The notes under the pieces were generated by a model that was not told the DNA's origin, made no database searches, and was given only the letters and a program-made list of their open reading frames with translations. A program made the position numbers and the translations under genes. From Myxococcales bacterium (GTDB taxonomy: Bacteria > Myxococcota_A > Polyangia > Polyangiales > SLQV01): a stretch of 53,841 nt of DNA. The stretch is from NCBI GenBank assembly GCA_007124745.1, contig SLEO01000169.1:1-53841 (forward strand), given 5' to 3'. Below, in pieces: positions 39,981-49,075 of the stretch (position 1 is its first letter; every line of letters starts with the position of its first letter).

Positions 39981-40070
39981 TCTAGGGTTACGCTCGACTG
40001 CGGAATAGTCAGAGCGGCGTGGCTTTACTCTGGACCTCCGTAGGGCCGCTCCTATCTGAGGAAACTTTCA

Positions 40071-41093
40071 GTGAGAACAATCTTCGGACAGGTAAGTGTC
40101 AGCGGCTTGTTGTTGAGTCTGAGCATCCAGTGCACTGCACCCAGCACGTACACGTCAGCCGGCGTAGACCACGCCCAAACTAACGCGCTCTCGACAAAGG
40201 GTGAGGAACAGATAGCGGAACCCAAAGGGGGACTTGCACTGCCGCTACTGCATCTGCTGTTGGCCGCAATAGCGGGGCTTGATGCGGGTGCCGTGGTGAC
40301 TTGGCTGCGTCTCGACTGGGGCGACGCGAGGATGAATCAGGTTGCCACTTTATTGGCAACTTACGAGTTCTCCAACAATCCGGAGCGTCAGACGCGGTTC
40401 TTTGCTGCGGTCGATGGCTTGACAGCGCTTGTTGAGGCAGGTGCGCTCGCCCCGCCGACGGATCCCTATGTTCGCGAGATCCTAGAGGTGACTGCGCAAC
40501 AAGACGCTGGAAGGTTGGTGCTTTTGCTGGGCGCAGAGGCGACCCGACGTCGGCGCGGAGGCCGACTTAGGCCCGTCGAGCGCGACTTCCGTCGCAACGT
40601 GGAGCTTATCGAAAGGGACAGCATCGTGGTGAGGCCTCGGTCACTTTGCTACGTCAACACGCGTGGCGAAACGCACCCGCTATGCAAGCAACGTGATCAC
40701 AACGGCTTTTGGAGCGACAACATCACAAGGCTGTATCACCGCTCGGGCGCCTGCGGCGAAATTGGGTCCAATGCCGAACTCGACCGCGCAAGGTTCTGTT
40801 CCGAGGTACGTCATCATTCGAATCAGGTCTGCGGACGGCTCATCCAGGCAATTGTTGCGTCTGCTCGCTGCGTTGCGGGCAGACTGGTCGCGCAAAAGGT
40901 ATGTCACCCGCGAGCGGATGATCCGGGACATGCCGCTGCCTACGCGATGTCACGCCATATCTTGTCCGTGTGCCGCACAAAAGCGGCAGAACTCGGATGC
41001 AAAGACGTACCTGAGGAAGAGTCTCAAGCTATTGAGCGGCAAGCGCGAGAGTGGGTTTGCACAAGGGCTCACTTGCGTGACCAAACTTTCTAG
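40071..41093 (+). CDS. Hypothetical secreted or lipoprotein-like protein with Cys-rich C-terminal domain
   Basis: 340 aa with a GTG start. It has a signal-like N-terminus (MRTIFGQVSVSGLLLSLSIQC) and 10 Cys in the last 150 aa or so. I recognise no family. The GC content appears lower than in neighbouring genes. Coding status rests on ORF length and the signal peptide only. Confidence 0.45.
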   Translation: MRTIFGQVSVSGLLLSLSIQCTAPSTYTSAGVDHAQTNALSTKGEEQIAEPKGGLALPLLHLLLAAIAGLDAGAVVTWLRLDWGDARMNQVATLLATYEFSNNPERQTRFFAAVDGLTALVEAGALAPPTDPYVREILEVTAQQDAGRLVLLLGAEATRRRRGGRLRPVERDFRRNVELIERDSIVVRPRSLCYVNTRGETHPLCKQRDHNGFWSDNITRLYHRSGACGEIGSNAELDRARFCSEVRHHSNQVCGRLIQAIVASARCVAGRLVAQKVCHPRADDPGHAAAYAMSRHILSVCRTKAAELGCKDVPEEESQAIERQAREWVCTRAHLRDQTF

Positions 41094-41179
41094 CAACGTG
41101 ATACGCGGGGTGCCTGCTATCTCGGAAGGCTACCCGCCTTCGCCGGCGCGAACATCGGTCTAGACGGCCTGTTGGCCTT

Positions 41180-42880
41180 CTAAAGGCCGAGGCGGGTCAG
41201 TTCGTGCAGGGACCAGATACGCGCGTTCTTGTGCCGACGAAACCCTGTGCTTTGGTAGGACGCCTCAGCGAACATCGTGAGCCAGGCGCGCAGCTCAGCG
41301 AGCCTGACGACCGCGTCACAGTCACCGCGGCTCGCCATCGCCGAAAAGTGCATGTCGCGTTCGATGCGTTCCTCAATGGCGCGCATACCCGACTCGACTT
41401 CCTGCCGGATCTCTGCACTTTCGCCGCGCACCTGAAACTTGTCATCGAGATGCGGTCGATAGCGGGCCAGCGCCAGCGTCCGGCCTTCCATGACCGCTTG
41501 ACGCGACAGCACCGTGCCCAACTGCAGCGTCGGTGCGTAGGGCAAGCCGTGCATCGCGTAGTAACCTGCGCCTGAGGCCTTGCGCAGCAGTACGGTGCAG
41601 ACCGGCTCCGTCAACGTGCTGTTGCCGTAGATGAGATTCGAACCGAGTCCAAGTAAGCCCTTCTCCTCCGCCTCGGGACCGATATCGAAACCGCTGATAT
41701 CCTGCAACCAAATGAGGGGAAGGCCGTCGTCGGCGCAGGCGCGACGGAACAGACTGAGTTTCGCGATGCCCGATTCGTAGAGCACGCCACCAGGTCGCGA
41801 TAAGCGCCCATCCGCGCCCTTCAGCATACCTTGGCGATTGGCGATAAAGCCGCAGTAGAGCCCGGCAAGCTTGCCGACACCCACCATCACCTCTTCGCCC
41901 GTATGGGGCATCACCTCCCAAAAGAGGGAAGCGTCCACTAAGCGCGCGAGCACATCCTCCGCATTGTAAGGCGAGCGGTAGTCAGCGGGGATCACCTGAA
42001 GCAACTCCTCCACCGGAAATGCGGGCGCAACCGGGCCCACAGCGTCCGCGAAATAGCCCGTGGCACTGGTAGGAAGCCGGCGCACTTCTAGGCGCAGCGC
42101 CGCGGTGAGCGCCTCATCATCAGGGAAGCGCGCGTCCGCGCAGCCCGAGCGCTGCACGTGCACTTCGGGGCCTCCAATATCCACCGCGGAAAGGGCCGCA
42201 CCTTTGGCACCCTTGATAAGGGCCGTGCCCGCAATGACCATATAGGCGCTTTCCGTCATCAAGACGCGGTCGCTGATGATCGGCATGTAGCCGCCGCCCG
42301 CGATACAGTCGCCATAGACCCCTGCAATCTGCGCAACACCCCGCGCTGCAAGCAGACTGTTGTAGCGAAAGATAGCGCCTGCACCGTGCTCACCGCTGAA
42401 GGTGCGGCTCTGCTCGGGCAAAAATAGTCCGCTGCAATCGACGGCGTAGACGACGGGCAGCCCAAGCGAAAGCGCCACACTCTGTGCCCGCTGAATCTTC
42501 TCGGGCGTGCCGGGCCACCAGGCACCACTCGCCAGCGTGTTGTCGTTCGCGATGACAACGCACAAGCGCTGCTCAATACGCCCGATAAGCGTCACTACAC
42601 CAAGCCCTGGCGCCGCCTTACCTTCGAAACGGGCATCGAAGCCGCGCAACAATCCGACTTCAAACGATGCGGACCCAGGATCGAGCAAACGTGCGACGCG
42701 CTCGCGCGCCGTCCACTGCCCTCGCTTGGAGACTCGCTGCTCGCCGCGAGTTCCCCCCCCCGCCCGGGCCTCATTGTGAAGCCGCTCGAGCAGCGTTTCT
42801 CGTTCGTGGATGGCGGCATCCGCGGGGCGGGCAGCGAGCGGGAGCCCCCGACCGATGGGAAATAGAGGCACGTGTGCCAT
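41180..42880 (-). CDS. Acyl-CoA carboxylase carboxyltransferase subunit (MccB/PccB family)
   Basis: ORF trimmed to MAHVPLFP.... Its ATG overlaps the upstream stop (TAATG). It has the motif RGQWTARERVARLLDPGSASFEVG and duplicated crotonase-like halves typical of biotin-dependent carboxyltransferases. Confidence 0.88.
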   Translation of the reverse strand: MAHVPLFPIGRGLPLAARPADAAIHERETLLERLHNEARAGGGTRGEQRVSKRGQWTARERVARLLDPGSASFEVGLLRGFDARFEGKAAPGLGVVTLIGRIEQRLCVVIANDNTLASGAWWPGTPEKIQRAQSVALSLGLPVVYAVDCSGLFLPEQSRTFSGEHGAGAIFRYNSLLAARGVAQIAGVYGDCIAGGGYMPIISDRVLMTESAYMVIAGTALIKGAKGAALSAVDIGGPEVHVQRSGCADARFPDDEALTAALRLEVRRLPTSATGYFADAVGPVAPAFPVEELLQVIPADYRSPYNAEDVLARLVDASLFWEVMPHTGEEVMVGVGKLAGLYCGFIANRQGMLKGADGRLSRPGGVLYESGIAKLSLFRRACADDGLPLIWLQDISGFDIGPEAEEKGLLGLGSNLIYGNSTLTEPVCTVLLRKASGAGYYAMHGLPYAPTLQLGTVLSRQAVMEGRTLALARYRPHLDDKFQVRGESAEIRQEVESGMRAIEERIERDMHFSAMASRGDCDAVVRLAELRAWLTMFAEASYQSTGFRRHKNARIWSLHELTRLGL

Positions 42881-44559
42881 TACTCGACACTCCCGGCGGA
42901 AGGCCGCTGCGAAGGGCACAGGTCGTGTCGACTCTCTTCGTCTGTGCGCGCTTCCCCAACTAGCGGCGGCTCACCTTCCACTATCGCCGGTGCTCCGATG
43001 GCATGCGCCTGAACTCGCCGCTGAACACGGAGACGTAGCGCTTCAAGATTCGTCGAGAGGTTCGCAACCACCACCTCGCTTAGAATACCTGCGAGGGCCC
43101 GAGAGGAGGCCTGCGCGCTCTCCTTGTCCGCAACGGTCACCACCATGAGGCGTCCGTCGTAGCTCTCCTCAAGCGCGTTGGCCTCGCGCGTAGGCTCGGC
43201 CTCACTGAGATACGCGAGACTCTGAACGGATACGCGGTGAGCACTGCCCTCTCCGTGGGCGCAGGAGCCATCCAGGGCCGAGTTTTCTCGGTTAGGAAGT
43301 ACGCAACGCCTAGGGCCCCGCACCTGGGTTTCCCGCCCCGGTGGATGCGTGATGAGGGCCATGGTGCCGCGCGCCAACGCACGCTCAGCCAACGTAGCCC
43401 TCGCGTGATGCGTGTCCTTCCCCCCATACAAGGCTTCCTCAAGGCGCACGCCACGGGCGAGCGAAATGCCCAGTGCGACAAGGTCGATGCCGGCCAGCAT
43501 ATGAAGGCCAAGCACCGCAGGGTCACTGAGGCCCGAGACGGAGCGAAGGGCCACCCGTCCCTTCAACGCACCATGGGTGGATTCGGCCTCATGCCAGCCG
43601 CCATGGGCAGGCGACGCGCCGGCATCGAACCATGACGGGCCGGATCCCTCGAGACGGACACTCGCTCGGTCCATGGATGAAGGGTCTCCTGTTGTGAGAA
43701 CGCAGCGGACCAAACATAGCCCTTGGACGCCCAGCACGCGCGCCGTGCGCTCCGCTATCTCGCGCGCGACCTCCCCCTCCGGATGGAGGCTAGCGCACGG
43801 ACCTATCGAGCACAGATCCAACGCCTCGTCCGCGTAGACGAAGCCTAGCGGTAACGCCGCATGCGCGCCGAACGCGTCACCGGCAACGATGCAGCCTACC
43901 TCCACCCCCGCATCGCTCTCAGCTAACCAAGACGCATCCAGCGCGCCCAGGCGATAGGCACGACGCGCGAGCTGCCGTAGCGCCACTTCCGAAGTGACCT
44001 GCACGCGCTGCCTCAGGCCGGGGTAAAGGCTGTGGTGGTGCTCTACCTCAGCTGGGAGGCGCCCGCCTAATGAGAGGGAGCGCGCGAGCGGCAACGTCAT
44101 CTCAACCGTCACAGGCCAGCGCAGACTCGGTACAGGCCCATCATCAAACCAGGTGCGCAGCGCCGTCCGCGGCGCCGAAGCGATGCCGCACGCCTCCGTC
44201 ACATAACGGACCTTAGCGGGCGCCATGCGCTCGAGCGCGCCAGCGGAGGGGCCCAAAAACGCTAGGCCCCGAGCAGCTACGAGCGCTGCAAAAACCGGAT
44301 GGTCTCCAAGGGGACTGAGGCCTGGATGCAGCGCGGTACAGCGTGATTCAAGGGCTCCTTGCAGAAGGGCCAGCCCGTTGAGATACGAGTGCTCAGCCGC
44401 CCGTGGGCCGATGCACACCGATTCGAACTCCGAGAGCCAGCCCTGCTCGCGCTCAGCAGTTGAGACTGCCACCACCGGAACCGCGCCTAGCGCCCGCACG
44501 CGCATCGCTACGTAGCGCGCGCTTAGCCCTCGATCAGCGATGAAGATGCGTCGATACAT
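42880..44559 (-). CDS. Biotin-carboxylase homologue with eroded catalytic motifs and no BCCP domain
   Basis: Trimmed to MYRRIFIADRGLSARYV.... The N-terminal BC domain (RIFIADRG, CIGP, ALHPG) and the C-terminal BC domain (AGIDLVALGISLARG, RLMVVTVADKESAQASSRAL) are recognisable. The glycine-rich ATP loop and the EMNxRxQVEH block are not, and no (A/V)MKM biotinylation motif is present. Confidence 0.72.
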   Translation of the reverse strand: MYRRIFIADRGLSARYVAMRVRALGAVPVVAVSTAEREQGWLSEFESVCIGPRAAEHSYLNGLALLQGALESRCTALHPGLSPLGDHPVFAALVAARGLAFLGPSAGALERMAPAKVRYVTEACGIASAPRTALRTWFDDGPVPSLRWPVTVEMTLPLARSLSLGGRLPAEVEHHHSLYPGLRQRVQVTSEVALRQLARRAYRLGALDASWLAESDAGVEVGCIVAGDAFGAHAALPLGFVYADEALDLCSIGPCASLHPEGEVAREIAERTARVLGVQGLCLVRCVLTTGDPSSMDRASVRLEGSGPSWFDAGASPAHGGWHEAESTHGALKGRVALRSVSGLSDPAVLGLHMLAGIDLVALGISLARGVRLEEALYGGKDTHHARATLAERALARGTMALITHPPGRETQVRGPRRCVLPNRENSALDGSCAHGEGSAHRVSVQSLAYLSEAEPTREANALEESYDGRLMVVTVADKESAQASSRALAGILSEVVVANLSTNLEALRLRVQRRVQAHAIGAPAIVEGEPPLVGEARTDEESRHDLCPSQRPSAGSVE

Positions 44560-44581
44560 GCGGCGTGCGTCAGTCTCGACG

Positions 44582-47110
44582 TTAACGGCTAAGCTCGAGC
44601 GCGTCGAGTTCGAGGGCGAGCGGCAGCGGAACGTCACTCGATGCACCGGACAAAACGAGCCAGAGATTCAGCAGCGCCTTCGGCAAACCCAGCCCAGCAA
44701 GCGCGGATTCGGCTGCTTGTCCAAGCCATGCAGAAGGCCCGTCCGCTTCAGCCCCGGCGGCCGCCAAGCTGAGTGGGCGCTCATTGGGCGAGCCCAGCAA
44801 GTATTCGCCAAGACCTGCGGGGCGAACCGTCAAGTCGACGACGGGTGCCCGTTGATTCAGCCCGGCGCGTTCTCGTGCTTCAGCAAGCGCCGCATGTAGA
44901 CCTCCGATGGCGTCCACGAGCAAGCGCGCGTCGGGCGCGTCCGCCGTGAGCACTCGACCGCGTGCAACCGCATCGATTGCCTCTGGCGTCTGGCCGCGGC
45001 CCTCTGCAACGCGGTCGAGAAAAAGCGCATACCAGTCGCGAAGACGATCCGCGAGCACCGCGCGTTCCTGCGCGCTCAAGGGTCGATAGAGCGAGCGTGC
45101 CCCCGCGAGCTCGCCGCGCGTCTGGGTCTCTACATGGATACCGATACGCTCCAACAGCGGCGCGAAGTCTACCTTGCCGAAGAAAATCCCTATTGAACCC
45201 ACGAGTGACGATGGATTCGCCACAATCTTCGACGCCGCACTGGCCGCATAGTAACCCGCACTGGCTGCCAGCGAGCCTACTGAGGCAATGAGGGGCTTCT
45301 CTTTACCGAGTCGCCGCAATGCCCGCCAAATTTGGTCCGCCGCCAAGGCTGACCCCCCGGGTGAATCGACGCGTAACACCACCGCTGCGACGGATGGGTC
45401 ACGGCGCGCACGCTCGCAGGCCTCGACGAAGCTCTGCGCACCCGTTGTTTTCACACCGAGGAGCGGCAGCGTCATGCTTTTGCCGTCCACCATGGTTCCA
45501 TCGAGGGTCAGCACCGCAATGCGTCGCGGCCAAGGACGCACCTGAGTGGTGGATGCCAGGCTGATGCTGCGGCCCGGAAAACCATCGCCGAGCGCATTGG
45601 TCGGGTTTTCGTCGTCAACAACGCCGTCAACGAGCCCCAGTTCAAGGGCACGTCCTGCCGTCATGAGCCCCTCACCGAGCCAGGCTGTCAAGCGTTCCGG
45701 TGTCTCACCGGAATCGTAGGCCCAATCCGTGAGGAAGCGGCGCCACACGTGGTCGAGCTGCGCCTGAGACTGCGCACGGGCAGGCTCGGTGAGCGACGAG
45801 CGTGCCCAGCTCTCCGGAGCGCTCTTGAAGCGCCCAATGCGCAGAAAACTCGTCCGCAGTCCAAGGCGTCTCGCGATATCGCCGAACAGCAGACGTTCGG
45901 ACGCGAGACCGCCAAGCGCCAAGAATCCTGCCGGGTCGATGAGACGCGTATCCGCTGCGGTACACGTGTAGTACTGCGTCTTGGTTGCGGTGCTAAACAT
46001 GCAGGCGGTTTTCACGCCCCGAGCCCGAGCCGCGAGCAGTAGACCTCGAAACTCCTGGGCATCAGACCAGGACATATCGCGTGTCACGTCCAGAAGAATG
46101 GCGCCGACGCGTGGGTCCGCGAGCGCCCGCTCAAACTTATGAACCTGGCTCGCCGTGGCGCGAGCGCCGCTCTCCTTGAGCGCCAGCGTGACGAGTCCCC
46201 CACGTCCCGGCGCGCGGACGCCGGCGGATTCACGCATCACTGGCGCGCTCCCTCGAACGCCCCCGCTCACGAACCAGTCCGCGGAGGGACCTTCCCGCAG
46301 GTTGGGCAACTGCCCACCGGCTCCGAGTGCCCAAGGGCCGTAGGCGAACTCCGCTTGCGCGCTAAGTCCCCAAAGACGCGTGTCTGCGAGCACTTCCGTA
46401 TGGCCACCCACAGCCAACGCCAGCGCCCAGCCTAGTTGGGCGCGCAACCATGCGCGACCTCCGACCTGACCTTGGGTATCCACCGCCCCCTCGACATTGA
46501 CGTTGACGGCGGGCCAGAACTCGGGATGCCAGTCGAGACCGGCGCGAAGTGAAGCGGGCACGTCCAAGCTGCGCGTCCCGAGCTCTGTCGGCCCCAAGGC
46601 ATCGCGAAGGGCCAACGAAGCCGACCAACTCGAGGTGAGCTGCGCCAGCATGCCGAGGTCGAGCGAGGTTACGCCGCTGAGCCCCGAAGACGCTCGAGAG
46701 GCCAAATGCCGCACGGTAAAGCCAATAGAAAGGCGTGACGAAGGTGCTGCTGCAAGCCCCCAGGTGAAGAGCCCGTAGCTGTCAGCCTCCTCGGGACGGT
46801 GATGCTGTACCGAGATGCCGGTCCGCAAAGCCAGTGGCAACGGGAGCACGAGATAGCCTGCGTCGGCGGAGCGCGACCCCGGTTCAGCGGCGTGGCTTTG
46901 CCGATGGATCACCGAAGCTTCCCACGAAGGCGCCAAGGCAAGGGCCGCTGGGTTGCTCTCGAGTGCCCAGACCCGTCGCTCAAAGGCACTCAAATGCAGT
47001 GTTTCTGCGACGCCACTGGTGGCGGAGGTGTACTGCGCACACGCTCTGCTCACGTCGATTCCCGCAAGCATGGCTAGCGTAACAAATCCAACGCTGCCTA
47101 AGCGGCGCAT
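44582..47110 (-). CDS. Signal peptide peptidase SppA (67K type, two S49 domains) fused to an N-terminal beta-rich, outer-membrane-barrel-like domain
   Basis: Trimmed to MRRLGSVGFVTLAMLAGIDVSRACAQ (signal peptide). Residues about 25-290 show an alternating beta pattern with an NPAALA motif of the FadL/PorV type. The S49 N-domain has RIGRFKSAPES (general-base Lys context). The S49 C-domain has VDSPGGSA and GSLAASAGYY (Ser nucleophile context). Confidence 0.8.
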   Translation of the reverse strand: MRRLGSVGFVTLAMLAGIDVSRACAQYTSATSGVAETLHLSAFERRVWALESNPAALALAPSWEASVIHRQSHAAEPGSRSADAGYLVLPLPLALRTGISVQHHRPEEADSYGLFTWGLAAAPSSRLSIGFTVRHLASRASSGLSGVTSLDLGMLAQLTSSWSASLALRDALGPTELGTRSLDVPASLRAGLDWHPEFWPAVNVNVEGAVDTQGQVGGRAWLRAQLGWALALAVGGHTEVLADTRLWGLSAQAEFAYGPWALGAGGQLPNLREGPSADWFVSGGVRGSAPVMRESAGVRAPGRGGLVTLALKESGARATASQVHKFERALADPRVGAILLDVTRDMSWSDAQEFRGLLLAARARGVKTACMFSTATKTQYYTCTAADTRLIDPAGFLALGGLASERLLFGDIARRLGLRTSFLRIGRFKSAPESWARSSLTEPARAQSQAQLDHVWRRFLTDWAYDSGETPERLTAWLGEGLMTAGRALELGLVDGVVDDENPTNALGDGFPGRSISLASTTQVRPWPRRIAVLTLDGTMVDGKSMTLPLLGVKTTGAQSFVEACERARRDPSVAAVVLRVDSPGGSALAADQIWRALRRLGKEKPLIASVGSLAASAGYYAASAASKIVANPSSLVGSIGIFFGKVDFAPLLERIGIHVETQTRGELAGARSLYRPLSAQERAVLADRLRDWYALFLDRVAEGRGQTPEAIDAVARGRVLTADAPDARLLVDAIGGLHAALAEARERAGLNQRAPVVDLTVRPAGLGEYLLGSPNERPLSLAAAGAEADGPSAWLGQAAESALAGLGLPKALLNLWLVLSGASSDVPLPLALELDALELSR

Positions 47111-47369
47111 CGTCGTCAACGCGTGTGCGGCGCGCGTCTTATCAGACCGAAGCGGCTGCTGCGCGTCCGCCGGCTCCTCTTCCAACCATCGCGTCCCACA
47201 GCCAGGCAAGTGAAGCATGCCGCGATACTGACTCAATTTACGCGGTGAAGGAACGAAAAGGCTTTGGGAAAGGCATCGCGCCCTCAGGCGCAGCCGATGT
47301 CGCCTGACCCCACCTTTCACCCAATGCGCTCACAAGCTCTCAGGAAACCGTCGAATACTGGTATGCAAT

Positions 47370-49073
47370 ATGCAGCACCTCGTTAGGATGGAGGAGCGCA
47401 CCGGGACAGCTGACCCCACGCCAATGCGGCCACTGCGCCTCGTTCCCTCTATCCATAGCGCTGCCTCCCGCCAAGACCGCCTTTACGCCTCACCGCACCC
47501 GGTCGCGCAAGCGGTAGGCTCAAGGCTTCCTCAGGTTGTGCCCCGAAGCCCAGCACCCGCCGTCCATGGTGCTGTAGACGCTGCGCGCAGTGCGCCGCAG
47601 GCACCCCTCGAAGGTGTTGCCAGCAAAGCGAGGGGCATCCTGCTGGGAGGACGCTATCGCATCGAAGCCCATCTCGGCGACGGAGGCATGGGGTCCGTTT
47701 ATCGAGCCTTCGACGAAAAGCGACAGGAGACTGTCGCGGTCAAAGTGCTCAAGCCGCGTCTTGGCGAGAGTCAGGACCGCATCGCACGATTTCGTCAGGA
47801 GGCCCGGGCGCTGCGCCTTCTGAAGCATCCGAACTCGGTACGCATCTTCGATTCGGGCCGGACGCCCCAAGGGACACTCTACTTCGTGATGGAGTATCTT
47901 GAGGGCTACAACCTTGCGGACATGCTGGAGGACCGCGGCCCATTAACCTGGCAGAGCGCCTTTAAGATTTGCACCCAAATCCTCCGTGCGCTCCGCGAGG
48001 CGCACGAGCTTGGCATCATTCACCGAGACCTGAAGCCGGAAAACATCTACCTCTGCAGGGCCCGCAAAGAGGGTTGCCATTTCGTGAAGGTGCTGGACTT
48101 CGGTTTGGCGAAAGTCACTGACCCGGGCTTCGGCTCGGGCCCCTCCATAGAGTCGGCTGTGCGCACGCAAACCGGCTATGTCTTCGGCACGCCGCGCTAC
48201 ATGTCCCCCGAGCAGGCCCGCAGCCAACCGCTTGACGGTCGCAGCGACCTCTACAACGTGGGCCTTTTGCTGTACCAGATGATGACGGGTACACCGACCT
48301 ACTGCGACGAGGATGCCATCGTCGTGATGGCCAAACATGTGCGAACGAGGCCAGAGCTACCCTCGAAGCGAAAGCCAGGGCTCGTAGTCCCTAAACGCGC
48401 CGAGGCCATCGTTATGCAGGCTCTGGAAAAACGTCCTGAGAGGCGCTTCTCCTCGGCGGACACCATGCTTTCTGCGCTTGAATCCTGCCTCCAACGTGAT
48501 CTTACGCAGGTGGTAGCGCCCGCTGAGCAACCGCGCCGAAGCGGTGCAAGCTGGCTACTGGCAGCCTTTCCCTTTCTCGCACTCCTGGGCGTCGCCGCGC
48601 CGCTTGCGCAGGTTGAACATCCCGCTGCGTTCGGGGAGGTGGCGTACGGCGAGATGGCGACGCAGCGAGACACTCGTCTGGAGCCCGGTACCATCATCGA
48701 AGGCAGCAAAAAGCCCGCGCAACGCCGGGCATCTCACCGGGCTACGCAGCAGCCCGATAAGGCGATCCATGCGCACACGGTGAGCCCACCGGCAGCAGGT
48801 GTGAACGTGGGAGGTGGGTCATCCGGGCAAAGTGACCGTGGAGAACACACCGTCACCAGAAGCCGTCGTACGCGTTCAGCGGACGCAGCAGTCACGCGCA
48901 ACAAGCAACAAGCAGCCCAAGCAGCAGGAAGGCGGTCGCGCTCACGCACCGACGCTCAAGCGGATGCAGCGCTTACATGGCCTCCCACCGCATATGCCGG
49001 GCAAGCCAACGCCATCAAAGGGACCTCAACTGCGCCGGTTTGGCGCAAAACACAGCGCGAAGCGCACAAGTAA
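47370..49073 (+). CDS. Hanks-type Ser/Thr protein kinase with one TM helix and a basic low-complexity tail
   Basis: Kinase motifs are GDGGMGSVYRA, VAVKVL, HRDLKPENIYL, DFGLAK and GTPRYMSPEQ. The TM helix is ASWLLAAFPFLALLGVAAPLA, and the C-terminus is Arg/Ala/Gln-rich. Confidence 0.9.
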   Translation: MQHLVRMEERTGTADPTPMRPLRLVPSIHSAASRQDRLYASPHPVAQAVGSRLPQVVPRSPAPAVHGAVDAARSAPQAPLEGVASKARGILLGGRYRIEAHLGDGGMGSVYRAFDEKRQETVAVKVLKPRLGESQDRIARFRQEARALRLLKHPNSVRIFDSGRTPQGTLYFVMEYLEGYNLADMLEDRGPLTWQSAFKICTQILRALREAHELGIIHRDLKPENIYLCRARKEGCHFVKVLDFGLAKVTDPGFGSGPSIESAVRTQTGYVFGTPRYMSPEQARSQPLDGRSDLYNVGLLLYQMMTGTPTYCDEDAIVVMAKHVRTRPELPSKRKPGLVVPKRAEAIVMQALEKRPERRFSSADTMLSALESCLQRDLTQVVAPAEQPRRSGASWLLAAFPFLALLGVAAPLAQVEHPAAFGEVAYGEMATQRDTRLEPGTIIEGSKKPAQRRASHRATQQPDKAIHAHTVSPPAAGVNVGGGSSGQSDRGEHTVTRSRRTRSADAAVTRNKQQAAQAAGRRSRSRTDAQADAALTWPPTAYAGQANAIKGTSTAPVWRKTQREAHK

Positions 49074-49075
49074 CG

